In this document: positions 1-9,156 of the stretch, in pieces
Position numbering within the stretch: the first letter of the stretch is position 1
Layout of the letters: the number at the start of each line of letters is the position of its first letter
Virus record (IMG/VR): IMGVR_UViG_3300020043_004640
Location: 1 to 30,457 of that record
DNA: 30,457 nucleotides
From: a virus
Taxonomy: Duplodnaviria > Caudoviricetes
Direction: 5' to 3' (one strand)
The notes under the pieces: model-generated
Seen by the model: only the letters and a program-made list of their open reading frames with translations
Databases searched by the model: none
Told to the model about the DNA's origin: nothing
Made by a program: the position numbers and the translations under genes

Positions 1-2058
1 TATTCACGGCCACCAAAGGCTGACGTTTCGCGCTTATACAAGGACCCCGACGATGACGTCGGTCGCGTGGCCAGCGAAATGCTGCAGCGAATCCTCAACA
101 ACGAGATCGAGCAAGACGGCAGCGACTTCGATGCAAGCGCCCGACACGCGATTCAGGACTATTTGATCGTTGGCGAAGGCCAACTGTGGAACCGCTACGA
201 GGCCAACACCCAGACCGAGACGGTCCCGGCGACATTTGATGAGATGGGCAATGAGCTCGAGCCCGAGCAGCAGTTCGAGCGGCTCTTGCACGAAGACGCG
301 ATCACCGAGTGGGTCTCTTACGACGATTTTCTCTACTCCCCGGCTCGCGTCTGGGAGGAAGTGCGCTGGGTAGCACGGCGTGTCTACATGACGCGCGACG
401 CACTGGTTGCGAGGTTTGGCGAGGAGATCGGAAATGCTGTGCCATTGGTTTCGCAGAAGACGACCAAGAAGGGCTACAGCAACGAAGTCAAGAACGACCC
501 CTGGCAAAAGGGCGAAGTCTGGGAAATCTGGTGCAAAGAGAGCAAGCACGTTTACTGGCTCTCCAAGGGAATGGACAAGCTGCTCGATGAGCGCCCCGAT
601 CCCCTTGGTCTCGAGAACTTTTTCCCGTGCGGCCAGCCTCTCATGGCCAACCTCACGACGGCCAACCTCATTGCCCGCGCGGACTTCATCATGGCGCAGG
701 ATCAGTTCGACGAACTGGATGAGATCAACACCCGAATCAAGTACCTGACCCGTGCCGCAAAGATTGTTGGCGTGTACGACAAAGCAGCCGGCGACTCTGT
801 CGGTCGCATGTTCCAGCAGGCCGCAGAAAATCAGCTCATCCCCGTTGATAACTGGGCGATGTTTGCTGAGTCGGGCGGCGTCAAAGGCAAGATCGATTGG
901 GTGCCGCTTGATCAGATCACAAACGCGATTGATCACCTGCGCGTGTACCGCTCGGACAAAGTCCAGCAGATCTACGAGGTGCTAGGCATCTCCGACATCA
1001 TGCGCGGAGCAAGTAAGGCGTCCGAGACCGCAGCTGCGCAGCAGATCAAGGCCTCGTTTGGTTCGACCCGCTTGCAGCTGAAGCAATTCTTCGTTGCGCA
1101 GTTCATCCAGACGGCGCTGCAGATCAAAGCCGAAATCATCATGAAGCACTTCACGCCTGAGACGATTCTCATGCGCTCGAATGTGCAGTTCAGCCCCGAC
1201 AAAGCATTGGCACCGCAGGCCGTTCAGCTCCTTAAAGAGCCAGTGGCCAGCCGCTACCGCGTAGTGGTTCAGTCTGACTCGATGGCAGCGATTGACTGGG
1301 CAGCGGAGCGCGAGTCCCGCATGGAGTTCTTAAACGGCCTGGGCGCATTCCTTAATGCCGCCATGCCGATGGCTCAGGCAATGCCAGGCTCGGCGCCGTT
1401 CCTCTTGCGCATGATCCAGTGGGGCATGTCTGCCTTCAAAGGTAGCCAGCAAATCGAGGGCATCCTCGACCAGGCAATCTCTTCGCTCGAGCAAAAGAGC
1501 AAAGAGCCTCCAGCGCCCCCAAGCCCCGAGCAAATGGCCGACGTCGAAGAGAAGCGCTCGGCGTCGATGGAGAAACGCGCGGGCGCTGTTAAGGATCTAG
1601 CCGATGCAATGGAGAAGATGGCCATGATCGGCATGCCTCTTCCTATTCCGCTCGAGACGATTGTCGATGGTGGCCTCATGGGCGCCGGTGGCGAGACTGT
1701 TCAGAACCTCATGGGCAAGCTCGAGCAGCTTGCGGTGGGCGTGGCCTCGCCAAAACGCGTCGTGCGCGATCAAATCGGCAAGGTCATAGGTGTGGAGCCA
1801 GTGCAGGGCCAAACGCCTCCCCAGGCGCCTCCTATGCAACCAGCGGCCCCTATCCAACAGCCATCACCCGTCGGGCAGCTGTCTCAGAGGATCGATCAGC
1901 TGGCCGCGATTATGTCTGCCCCCAAGAAAGTAGTCCGAGATCAAACAGGCAAGGTGGTCGGAGTGGCACCGGCATTACCTCAAATGCCTGCGCAGGGAAT
2001 GCCTGCACAAGCACCGATGCCTCAACCCCCATTACCTGCAGGAGCACCCAATGCCTGA
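1..2058 (+). CDS. Portal protein (5'-truncated)
   Basis: Frame is open from base 1 (YSRPPKADVSRLYKD...), so the start lies upstream. Motifs WEEVRWVARR, VWEIW and FFPC, a Pro/Gln-rich tail, and first position in the head operon fit a podophage portal. Confidence 0.85.
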   Translation, partial: YSRPPKADVSRLYKDPDDDVGRVASEMLQRILNNEIEQDGSDFDASARHAIQDYLIVGEGQLWNRYEANTQTETVPATFDEMGNELEPEQQFERLLHEDAITEWVSYDDFLYSPARVWEEVRWVARRVYMTRDALVARFGEEIGNAVPLVSQKTTKKGYSNEVKNDPWQKGEVWEIWCKESKHVYWLSKGMDKLLDERPDPLGLENFFPCGQPLMANLTTANLIARADFIMAQDQFDELDEINTRIKYLTRAAKIVGVYDKAAGDSVGRMFQQAAENQLIPVDNWAMFAESGGVKGKIDWVPLDQITNAIDHLRVYRSDKVQQIYEVLGISDIMRGASKASETAAAQQIKASFGSTRLQLKQFFVAQFIQTALQIKAEIIMKHFTPETILMRSNVQFSPDKALAPQAVQLLKEPVASRYRVVVQSDSMAAIDWAAERESRMEFLNGLGAFLNAAMPMAQAMPGSAPFLLRMIQWGMSAFKGSQQIEGILDQAISSLEQKSKEPPAPPSPEQMADVEEKRSASMEKRAGAVKDLADAMEKMAMIGMPLPIPLETIVDGGLMGAGGETVQNLMGKLEQLAVGVASPKRVVRDQIGKVIGVEPVQGQTPPQAPPMQPAAPIQQPSPVGQLSQRIDQLAAIMSAPKKVVRDQTGKVVGVAPALPQMPAQGMPAQAPMPQPPLPAGAPNA
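1708..1971 (+). repeat. Duplicated ~31-aa motif in portal C-terminus
   Basis: LMGKLEQLAVGVASPKRVVRDQIGKVIGVEP (1708-1800) vs LSQRIDQLAAIMSAPKKVVRDQTGKVVGVAP (1879-1971). Confidence 0.85.
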
Positions 2059-2437
2059 TTACAACACCGCCCTCCGAAACGCTCGGATGGGTCTCGTTAA
2101 TACCGCTGCATCTGGCGGCTCTCTCTTGCTGTACACGGGACCCAAGCCCGCGCCTGGTGGCGCCGGTACGACCGTGCTCGGTTCGTTTGACCTTCAAACA
2201 CCGGCCGGCACCGTCTCTGCTGGTGTGCTTACGTTTACTGATCCACCAGATGTTGCAGTGGTCGCAAATGGCACGGCCGTTTGGGCGCGAATTGTCGACT
2301 CTAGCGACGCATGGGTCGGTGACTTCACGGTGTCGAATCTGAGCGGCTCGGGCGAGATTCGTTTGACCGATGTGAACTTACTCACCGGCATGATTCTCGA
2401 CGTTGTCACGCTCTCGATTACTGAGGGCAATCCATGA
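2051..2437 (+). CDS. Putative virion structural/accessory protein
   Basis: AGGAG RBS, overlaps portal stop, beta-rich 128 aa with LLLYTG and GTAVWARI motifs typical of phage accessory proteins. Confidence 0.65.
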   Translation: MPDYNTALRNARMGLVNTAASGGSLLLYTGPKPAPGGAGTTVLGSFDLQTPAGTVSAGVLTFTDPPDVAVVANGTAVWARIVDSSDAWVGDFTVSNLSGSGEIRLTDVNLLTGMILDVVTLSITEGNP

Positions 2438-2919
2438 CGATAAGTGCTCGCTGGGACGAGGGAGTATTTGGCGACAGCCGATGGGACACTCTTGTTCAGC
2501 AAGTATCTGGCGACATTGACGAGGGCCCTGATAGCACCTCGAGTCAAATTGCCCAAGTAATCAGTCTGCAGGCAAACGTCATCGAGGGCGGCGATGTTGT
2601 CGACAACACTATCGACATTCAAGACGTTTTCATTGGCACGATCACCGAGGGCGAAGACGTTGTCTACAACGTCATCAACGTCAAGTACGCCTATCGCGGC
2701 GGCTGGGCTCCGCAATTCCATTACCGCCGCGACTGGGAGCCCGAGCCCGAGGTGCCAGTCGATGAGCTTGAGATTGAAGTCGAGCTTGAGCCTGAATTTA
2801 TCCCGCAGCCCCTACCGATCGATCCGACGGTGGCCAGGATGATCGAAATCATGATGCGCGGTCCACAAGTGGTCAGCACCGACGAGGACGACCTTGAGTC
2901 AATCCTCATGAACCTATAA
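2434..2919 (+). CDS. Acidic hypothetical virion protein with IxEGxD repeats
   Basis: ATGA coupling to the upstream gene; repeats IDEGPD, VIEGGD, ITEGED. Confidence 0.65.
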   Translation: MTISARWDEGVFGDSRWDTLVQQVSGDIDEGPDSTSSQIAQVISLQANVIEGGDVVDNTIDIQDVFIGTITEGEDVVYNVINVKYAYRGGWAPQFHYRRDWEPEPEVPVDELEIEVELEPEFIPQPLPIDPTVARMIEIMMRGPQVVSTDEDDLESILMNL

Positions 2920-2932
2920 GCAGGAGAAGACC

Positions 2933-3154
2933 TTGAAAGAAAAAATTGAATTACCCGCACCAAAGAACGCAATGCAAGAAGCGCTCATCAAGGCCTTGCG
3001 TGACCCTGCCAAGCTTGGCCGCTTTGTTCAGCAAGAGATTGAGGAAGAAGGCGATGAGATGGGCGAATACCACGCTGGGATCATGCCCAAGGCCATGAGC
3101 AAGAAAGGCATGCCTGAAGCGAAAGAAGAAAAGATGGAAGGCAAGAAGAAATGA
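2933..3154 (+). CDS. Hypothetical protein
   Basis: AGGAG before a TTG start; ATGA overlap with the next gene; start uncertain. Confidence 0.6.
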   Translation: MKEKIELPAPKNAMQEALIKALRDPAKLGRFVQQEIEEEGDEMGEYHAGIMPKAMSKKGMPEAKEEKMEGKKK

Positions 3155-3471
3155 AGCGCCGTTACATCCAGGACAAAAACACGTTGGAGCTCATCGAAGT
3201 GACCGACGAGTTTGTGCCTGACAGTCGCGTTGGTGATTCAGCATTGTGGGGAGATTCCCACTATGCCAACACGACCGGCCCGAATGGCGAAGACCTCTCA
3301 AGCCGTGCAAAACACAGAGCCTATTTAAAGGCCACAGGACTCGCTACCACCGACGATTTCAAGAGCGAATGGTCTCGAGCGAAAGAAGCTCGAGAGAACT
3401 ATCACCGCAGTGGTGGCACTGTGTCGCGACAAGACGTCGCTCAAGCCATCGCGAGATTGAAAGGGTACTGA
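3151..3471 (+). CDS. Hypothetical phage protein
   Basis: Coupled ORF filling the operon; SSRAKHRAYLKATGL resembles small post-portal proteins. Confidence 0.7.
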   Translation: MKRRYIQDKNTLELIEVTDEFVPDSRVGDSALWGDSHYANTTGPNGEDLSSRAKHRAYLKATGLATTDDFKSEWSRAKEARENYHRSGGTVSRQDVAQAIARLKGY

Positions 3472-3472
3472 G

Positions 3473-5023
3473 ATGGCCGAAGCAGAGATCAAAGCGACAC
3501 CAGTCAAGCGTGACTGGGCTCTGAAAGTGTCTGAAGCATTGAGAAAAGCGCGAGACTTTGCGGATAACGCACGCGTGCCAGACGCCGTCCCGCTCTTAGG
3601 CGGCATGGGTGCTGGCGAGATCCTGATGGGCAAGGCGCCCGAGGGCTTTGAGAACCTTGCGTATGACATGCCGCTCACTCGCGGCAGTGGCTGGACAACA
3701 CAACTCAAACCCGAGACGCTTGACATGGCCTTCCTGGGCATGGACGCATTGAGCGCTGGACAGCTCGCAAAAGCTGGCATCAAGCCCTTGGCCAAAGCAG
3801 CTGCAAAGCAAATCGACAACGCGATGATCGAAGGCACTGGGCCGCTGGCCAAAGTGCTCGAGCCGGTCGCGCCAAGCTTTGCAGTCGCGCCAGGCAAGAA
3901 AGGATTGACCTCAGTTCGCCAGGCAATCGAGGACGCAGAAGCGCAAATCGCTGCATCAAAAGCGGCCGGCGGTAAAGGCTATGTGGTCAACAAAGCAGAA
4001 GACCTCAAGATCCTGCCCAAGACCGAGTCGCCATACATCGAAACAGAGCAGTTCCTGCCAGAGCGGCAGAACCCTCGTAAGAAAGGCGGTGAGTACGTCT
4101 ACAACGAGCGCACCGAAGAGCTGCTTGACAACCCCGCAGCACGACGCGCTGTCGAGCGCAACATGATGCGCGGTGACGCAATGGGTATGCGCGAGTGGTA
4201 TGGCACCCGCCCCCTCTACGAGGCAGCAATGGACGCCGGCCAGACGCCCGATGAGTTTGCTCGCATGATGCAGCACCTCTCAAGCGCATCTCAGCGCAGC
4301 CCTGTGCCCGGTCAGATCAAGCGCGGCTCGGCTACTTGGGTCGCCGACAAACAAGGCTTACTCACGCCTGACGCGCCGGACTACAAACTCCCGCCAGGTT
4401 ACGGCTCGCTCGCGCAGAAAGACATCATCAAGCGAGCGTATGAAATTGCAGCCGGCGAAGGTCTGGATGAAACCAAAAAGCTCGGTCGCTTCTATCAAAA
4501 CCTGATGGGCAACTTGGAGCCGGTGACAGTCGACGTCATGGCGTTGCGCGGTCCAATCATGGCCACCAAGGATCCGAATTGGTTGGCAACGCAGCTGCGC
4601 GAGAAAAGCAACCTGACCGGCGAAGTGAAGACATATCGCCCGCGCCAGATGTTTGAGAGCGGCGAGATGACGATGAAGGAAGCGCTTAATCGCCCAGGCT
4701 TCTGGGAAGCCGCACCTAAGGGGGCCGAGTACGGAGCGTTTGAAGACTTCTACAGAAAGATCGCACAGAAGCGTGGCATGGCGCCAGCTGAAGGCCAGGC
4801 CGTCGCCTGGTATGGCTCTGGCTCCGAGGCTGGTCTGCGCACAGCTCCACGCACGTTCATGCAGGCCGTTGAGGATCGCATCATCGACACGGCTGGCAAG
4901 CGCAACGAAACGTATCAGCAAGTCCTGGCTGACTTCCTACGCGGCAAAAAACCGTTGATGGGCGTCGGTGCTGGCGTTGGCATTGGTGCCAACCAGGACA
5001 ACGAACTTGAAGTAATGCCGTAA
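3473..5023 (+). CDS. Candidate virion-packaged effector with HhH-GPD/DNA-glycosylase-like C-terminal domain
   Basis: 516-aa ORF with motifs EWY, KLGRFYQNLMG, VTVDVMALR, Y...A..RGM.P.EGQAVAW; function inferred. Confidence 0.5.
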   Translation: MAEAEIKATPVKRDWALKVSEALRKARDFADNARVPDAVPLLGGMGAGEILMGKAPEGFENLAYDMPLTRGSGWTTQLKPETLDMAFLGMDALSAGQLAKAGIKPLAKAAAKQIDNAMIEGTGPLAKVLEPVAPSFAVAPGKKGLTSVRQAIEDAEAQIAASKAAGGKGYVVNKAEDLKILPKTESPYIETEQFLPERQNPRKKGGEYVYNERTEELLDNPAARRAVERNMMRGDAMGMREWYGTRPLYEAAMDAGQTPDEFARMMQHLSSASQRSPVPGQIKRGSATWVADKQGLLTPDAPDYKLPPGYGSLAQKDIIKRAYEIAAGEGLDETKKLGRFYQNLMGNLEPVTVDVMALRGPIMATKDPNWLATQLREKSNLTGEVKTYRPRQMFESGEMTMKEALNRPGFWEAAPKGAEYGAFEDFYRKIAQKRGMAPAEGQAVAWYGSGSEAGLRTAPRTFMQAVEDRIIDTAGKRNETYQQVLADFLRGKKPLMGVGAGVGIGANQDNELEVMP

Positions 5024-5042
5024 ACAAAAAAAAGGAAAATTC

Positions 5043-6155
5043 ATGGAAAACACCACCTCATTACGCGAGAGCTTAGAAGAAGCGATGGGCGAATCAGAAG
5101 CGCCCGCGCAGAACGACTCGCAGCTTGAAACCTCTGCTGCACCCGAACCGTCCCAAACGGTGAGCAGTGATCCTGCGCCGGCAGCGGCCCAGGAGAGTGA
5201 GACAGCGGCACCCGAGGGGGAAACTCCTCGGGAAAGTCGCGAACGCGATCCCTCTGGCAAGTTTGCAAAGAAGCCCGAGGAAGGCATCCAGCCTGGCCCG
5301 AAGTCTGAGCCCAAGGCAAATCGCGAGGAGCGTGCTCCGCAGTCCTGGAAGCCAGAGACACGCCAACACTGGCAGTCATTACCGGCTGAGGTCCGTGGCG
5401 AAATCGCTCGCCGCGAAGGTGAGTTCACTCGAGTGATGCAGGAGACGGCCGAGTCGCGCAAGATGGCTGAGGCCTTTCAGCGCACCATCGCCCCCTACGA
5501 GCATTTCATTCGTGCAGAGAACAGCAATCCATTCCAGGCCATCGACAACCTGATGGCCACAGCGGCCAGGCTGCGCACCAGCACGGCACCCGAGCTCGCA
5601 GGACTAGTTTCACAAATCATCAACCAGTACGGCGTTGGCCGCTTTGGCAAAGGATTCATCGAGACGCTAGACCATGCTCTCGTTGGGCAAACTCCACAGG
5701 AAGACCCTCGTGAAGTGATGATGCGACAAAAGCTTGAGCAGGAAATTGCTCCAGTTAAGCAGTTCATGAATCAGTTCCAGCAAATGCAACAAATGCAAGA
5801 GCAGCAAATGCAAGGGCAGGCCGGCAATGAAGTGCAAGGTTTTTTAGCAAACCATGAGTTTGCGATGGACGTCAAAGACGACATGGCCGACTTAATCGAA
5901 ATGGCTCACAAACGTGGCCGAGAACTCTCACTGGAGGAGGCTTATGACAAAGCCTGTAGGTCGCACCCGTCAATCGGCAAAATCCTTGCCAACCGTGACA
6001 AAGCCACGCAAGCCCAGAGCACCAACCAGGTCGCGCAAAGAGCCAGAGCCGCCTCAGTCAGCGTCTCAGGAGCTCCGTCCGGTGGGTCTAATAGCTCTAG
6101 TGCGGCAGATCTTCGGTCGGCGCTAGAAAGTGCCTGGGCACAGAACGGACGTTAA
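5043..6155 (+). CDS. Scaffolding protein
   Basis: Acidic disordered N-terminus, RERDPSGKF and APQSWK motifs, coiled-coil, LEEAYDKA; directly before the capsid gene; AAGGA RBS. Confidence 0.8.
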   Translation: MENTTSLRESLEEAMGESEAPAQNDSQLETSAAPEPSQTVSSDPAPAAAQESETAAPEGETPRESRERDPSGKFAKKPEEGIQPGPKSEPKANREERAPQSWKPETRQHWQSLPAEVRGEIARREGEFTRVMQETAESRKMAEAFQRTIAPYEHFIRAENSNPFQAIDNLMATAARLRTSTAPELAGLVSQIINQYGVGRFGKGFIETLDHALVGQTPQEDPREVMMRQKLEQEIAPVKQFMNQFQQMQQMQEQQMQGQAGNEVQGFLANHEFAMDVKDDMADLIEMAHKRGRELSLEEAYDKACRSHPSIGKILANRDKATQAQSTNQVAQRARAASVSVSGAPSGGSNSSSAADLRSALESAWAQNGR

Positions 6156-6160
6156 GAAAG

Positions 6161-6399
6161 GCGCGAGGGTAATTCCCTTGCGTTGTCACTATCTATACCT
6201 GATGTTAAAACATCAATACGCACTGATGCGAACCTACGGGCCATCCACAGTGATGCTTTGAGTAGTAAGCGGTTGTCGGCAGTGAGCCACCGCAACGCAG
6301 GACTCCATAGAGCCACCAGCGACGGACTCCAGAGAAAGACAGCCAAAGAGACCGGCGTCAAGCCAATCCCTTTTTGTCTAATTCATTAGGAGTTCCAAA
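6161..6399 (+). promoter_or_regulatory. Structured leader/promoter region of capsid gene
   Basis: Hairpin 6161-6183; TTGTCA(6183)-17 bp-TAAAAC(6206); palindrome TGATGTT-AA-AACATCA 6200-6215; two GAGCCACC..GGACTCCA units; AGGAG RBS. Confidence 0.5.
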
Positions 6400-7389
6400 A
6401 TGGCATTTGCCAATCCTTCAGTTAGCGACATCGTCGCAACGACCATTCAGTCCCGTTCGCGTCAAATCGCAGACAACGTCACCAAGAACAACGCCATCCT
6501 TCAGCGCCTAAATCAGCGCGGCAAAGTTCGCACGTTCTCTGGCGGTAACGTCATCCTCGAAGAACTCTCGTTTGCCGAGAACCCAAACGCTGGTTTTTAC
6601 AGCGGCTACGACCTGTTGCCTGTTGCCGCAGCTGACGTTATCAGCGCAGCCGAGTACCAGATCAAGCAGTTCGCAGTGCCTGTCGTAATCAGCGGCCTCG
6701 AGCAGCTGCAGAACGCTGGACGCGAGCAGATGATCGACTTGATGGAAGCACGCATCAACGTCGCTGAAAGCACGATGGCTAACCAGCTCTCGACCTCGAT
6801 CTACTCTGACGGCACCGGCGACGGCGGCAAGGAAGTAACCGGACTCGACGCTGCTGTGCCCACTAATCCAGCCACAGGCACGTACGGTGGAATCAACCGT
6901 GCAACCTGGTCCTTCTGGCGCTCTGGCAAGTTCGATGCAGCTACCGATGGCGGCGCAGCGATCTCCTCAAGCAACATCCAGACATACATGAACGCACTGT
7001 GGGCCAAGCTGGTTCGCGGCAGCGATCGTCCTGACCTGATCGTCATGGACAACGTCATGTGGTCGTACTACATGGGTTCGTTGCAGCCACAGCAGCGCTT
7101 TACTGATCCTGCTTCTGCAAACCTCGGCTTCCCCACGATTAAGTTCATGGACGCTGACGTTGTGCTCGACGGCGGTATCGGCGGCGCATGTCCTGCAAAG
7201 ACGGCGTTCTTCTTGAACACCAAGTACATCTCCTGGCGCCCTCACCGTGACCGCAACATGGTTCCGCTGTCACCTGATCGTCGCTACTCCATCAACCAGG
7301 ACGCCGAGGTTCAGATCTTAGCGTGGGCTGGCAATTTGACATGTAGTGGTGCGCAGTTCCAGGGTCGCTTGTTTGACACCACGGCCTAA
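6400..7389 (+). CDS. Major capsid protein
   Basis: 329 aa after the scaffold, strong RBS, motifs IADNVTKNNA, SDGTG, YGGINR, DLIVMD. Confidence 0.9.
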   Translation: MAFANPSVSDIVATTIQSRSRQIADNVTKNNAILQRLNQRGKVRTFSGGNVILEELSFAENPNAGFYSGYDLLPVAAADVISAAEYQIKQFAVPVVISGLEQLQNAGREQMIDLMEARINVAESTMANQLSTSIYSDGTGDGGKEVTGLDAAVPTNPATGTYGGINRATWSFWRSGKFDAATDGGAAISSSNIQTYMNALWAKLVRGSDRPDLIVMDNVMWSYYMGSLQPQQRFTDPASANLGFPTIKFMDADVVLDGGIGGACPAKTAFFLNTKYISWRPHRDRNMVPLSPDRRYSINQDAEVQILAWAGNLTCSGAQFQGRLFDTTA

Positions 7390-7420
7390 CAAGAAGCTCT
7401 CCAGGTGGTGAGCATCCTTA

Positions 7421-7462
7421 GCACAGCCTTCTTCGATCACTCGTAGGGGCTGTGCGCTTTTT
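7421..7462 (+). terminator. Terminator/attenuator after capsid gene
   Basis: Stem GCACAGCCTT/GGGGCTGTGC followed by GCTTTTT. Confidence 0.6.
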
Positions 7463-7473
7463 GGAGATACGAA

Positions 7474-7665
7474 ATGGCAGCAACATTCTCTGCAGCACCA
7501 GCAGCCAAGGTCTACGACGCGACGGCATCGCAGGCGACTGGCGCGGTCTCGACTGGCATCGGCTATCCGTCGCCTTCAGCCGCAACTGGCAGCACTATTG
7601 CTGATTCGCGAATTGGCGGCACGGCATTCAACCTGACAGTAAATAACCCAGCAGTACCCGCGTAA
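7474..7665 (+). CDS. Small Ala/Thr-rich putative capsid decoration protein
   Basis: GGAG RBS, position after the capsid gene, composition. Confidence 0.55.
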   Translation: MAATFSAAPAAKVYDATASQATGAVSTGIGYPSPSAATGSTIADSRIGGTAFNLTVNNPAVPA

Positions 7666-7666
7666 A

Positions 7667-7693
7667 AGAGGGGGCCTCGATGCCCCTTTCTTC
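7667..7693 (+). terminator. Rho-independent terminator
   Basis: GGGGC-CTCGAT-GCCCC followed by TTTCTT. Confidence 0.65.
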
Positions 7694-7714
7694 TCTCACA
7701 TATAAGGAAAATCC

Positions 7715-8383
7715 ATGATGAATACCACCCAGCGAGAAGTAAGTCTTGACGACCTGCTTAACGATCCGTTCTCACGCAATGACTCTAACTTTGCAGGCGG
7801 CGTGCGTGCAGAAGATGACACACGTTTTCAGAACGACAAGAAGCTGCATGTGCGCTTCTACGCAAGGCCTGAAATGAACGCGGCAAAGTCGCGTGATGCA
7901 GGGCGTCCTATTTATGAAGAAGTTGATTTTGTTGAAATCATGGTCCCTGGCGATAAGCACAGTGTGATTGACCGCTTGGTGCGCAATCTCGATAAGCGTC
8001 GCTTCTCGCGGCAATGGGCTGCGTACAAAGAAGGCAGAGCCGATCAGCAATCTGGCACTCCTCTCACCTCGTTGCCGTTTATGTCTGGATCAAAAGCAGA
8101 GGAATACAAGTTCTTCAACATCGTCACCGCAGAGCAGCTCGCTGCAGCGGCCGATGGCTCAAGCGCCGCCCAGGCAATTATGGGTTTTAACGGTGACAAG
8201 CAGAAAGCCAACGCTTACCTGCAAATGGCGGCTGGTAACGCCCCAATCCTTAAGATGCAGCAATCGCTTGAGGAGAAGGACAACCAGATCAGCGCCATGA
8301 TGGAACAGATGAACCAAATGAATCAGCGCTTGATGGAGCTCTCGCAGCAGAAGTCCAGCAAGAAAGCTGTGACAGCTGAGTAA
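7715..8383 (+). CDS. Conserved podophage protein, possible HhH-like region and coiled-coil tail
   Basis: AAGGA RBS; motifs VRFY, GRPIY, PGDK, GTPL, TAEQLA. Confidence 0.65.
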   Translation: MMNTTQREVSLDDLLNDPFSRNDSNFAGGVRAEDDTRFQNDKKLHVRFYARPEMNAAKSRDAGRPIYEEVDFVEIMVPGDKHSVIDRLVRNLDKRRFSRQWAAYKEGRADQQSGTPLTSLPFMSGSKAEEYKFFNIVTAEQLAAAADGSSAAQAIMGFNGDKQKANAYLQMAAGNAPILKMQQSLEEKDNQISAMMEQMNQMNQRLMELSQQKSSKKAVTAE

Positions 8384-8394
8384 AGGAAACCTGG

Positions 8395-9156
8395 ATGCCA
8401 ACTTATCAAACGCAAAATTACTTGACGCTGCAGACGATCATTCAGTCTGTCTGCAAGATGGTTGGCTATCCAGTTGCGGTTGACCCTGCAGGCAGTACAG
8501 ATCCTGCCGTGCAACAAATGGTCGAGGCTCTGAACATGTCCGGCGAGGACATGCTCAACCTGTACGGATGGCAGCGCCTGTCAAAGCTTTACGAGATCGA
8601 CATCGTTGCCGAGTACCCAGGGCAGCTTGAGCGCTCGTTCGAGCTTCCGACTGACTTCTGGCAGTTTATCGACCAGACCCAGTGGAACGTTGACACGCGC
8701 CTACCTGCGATCGGCCCGATCTCCCCGCAAGCCTGGCAGCAACTGCGTATCCGTATGCCAAAGGTCGTACTGACATTTCTATGGCAGATCCGCGACAGCA
8801 AGCTCTGGATCCAAGCGCCGCCATCAAGCTCGCAAAAGCTCTCTTTCTATTACCAGTCTAACGGCTGGGTGCAGGACGCTGACGACCCCACTGACTACAA
8901 GAACTACGCCAACAAGAACGGCGACACCATCTTGATGGACGGCTACTTGATGAAGCTTCTCACTCGAGTGAAGTGGCTTGAGATGAAGGGCTTTGATTCT
9001 GCAATCGCAATGCGTGACTTCCAGGTCAACTACGAGAACCGCAAGGGCAATGACGTCGGCGCTCAAGTGCTGAATATGGCCCAGACTCTCGCGTTCCCGT
9101 ATTTGAATACGGCAATCAACGCCCCTGACACGGGCTACGGTGGAGTGGGCTACTGA
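8395..9156 (+). CDS. Head-tail adaptor (tail tubular protein A-like)
   Basis: Size and position; LPTDF and GPISPQAWQ motifs. Confidence 0.7.
   Translation: MPTYQTQNYLTLQTIIQSVCKMVGYPVAVDPAGSTDPAVQQMVEALNMSGEDMLNLYGWQRLSKLYEIDIVAEYPGQLERSFELPTDFWQFIDQTQWNVDTRLPAIGPISPQAWQQLRIRMPKVVLTFLWQIRDSKLWIQAPPSSSQKLSFYYQSNGWVQDADDPTDYKNYANKNGDTILMDGYLMKLLTRVKWLEMKGFDSAIAMRDFQVNYENRKGNDVGAQVLNMAQTLAFPYLNTAINAPDTGYGGVGY

Noticed and set aside
34-936. 300-aa minus-strand ORF and other antisense ORFs in the track
   Set aside because: Shadow frames of well-supported genes, without recognisable motifs
6284-6331. Mini CRISPR array paired with the Cas4-like gene
   Set aside because: Repeats are 8 nt with 2-8 nt gaps, far too short; no cas operon
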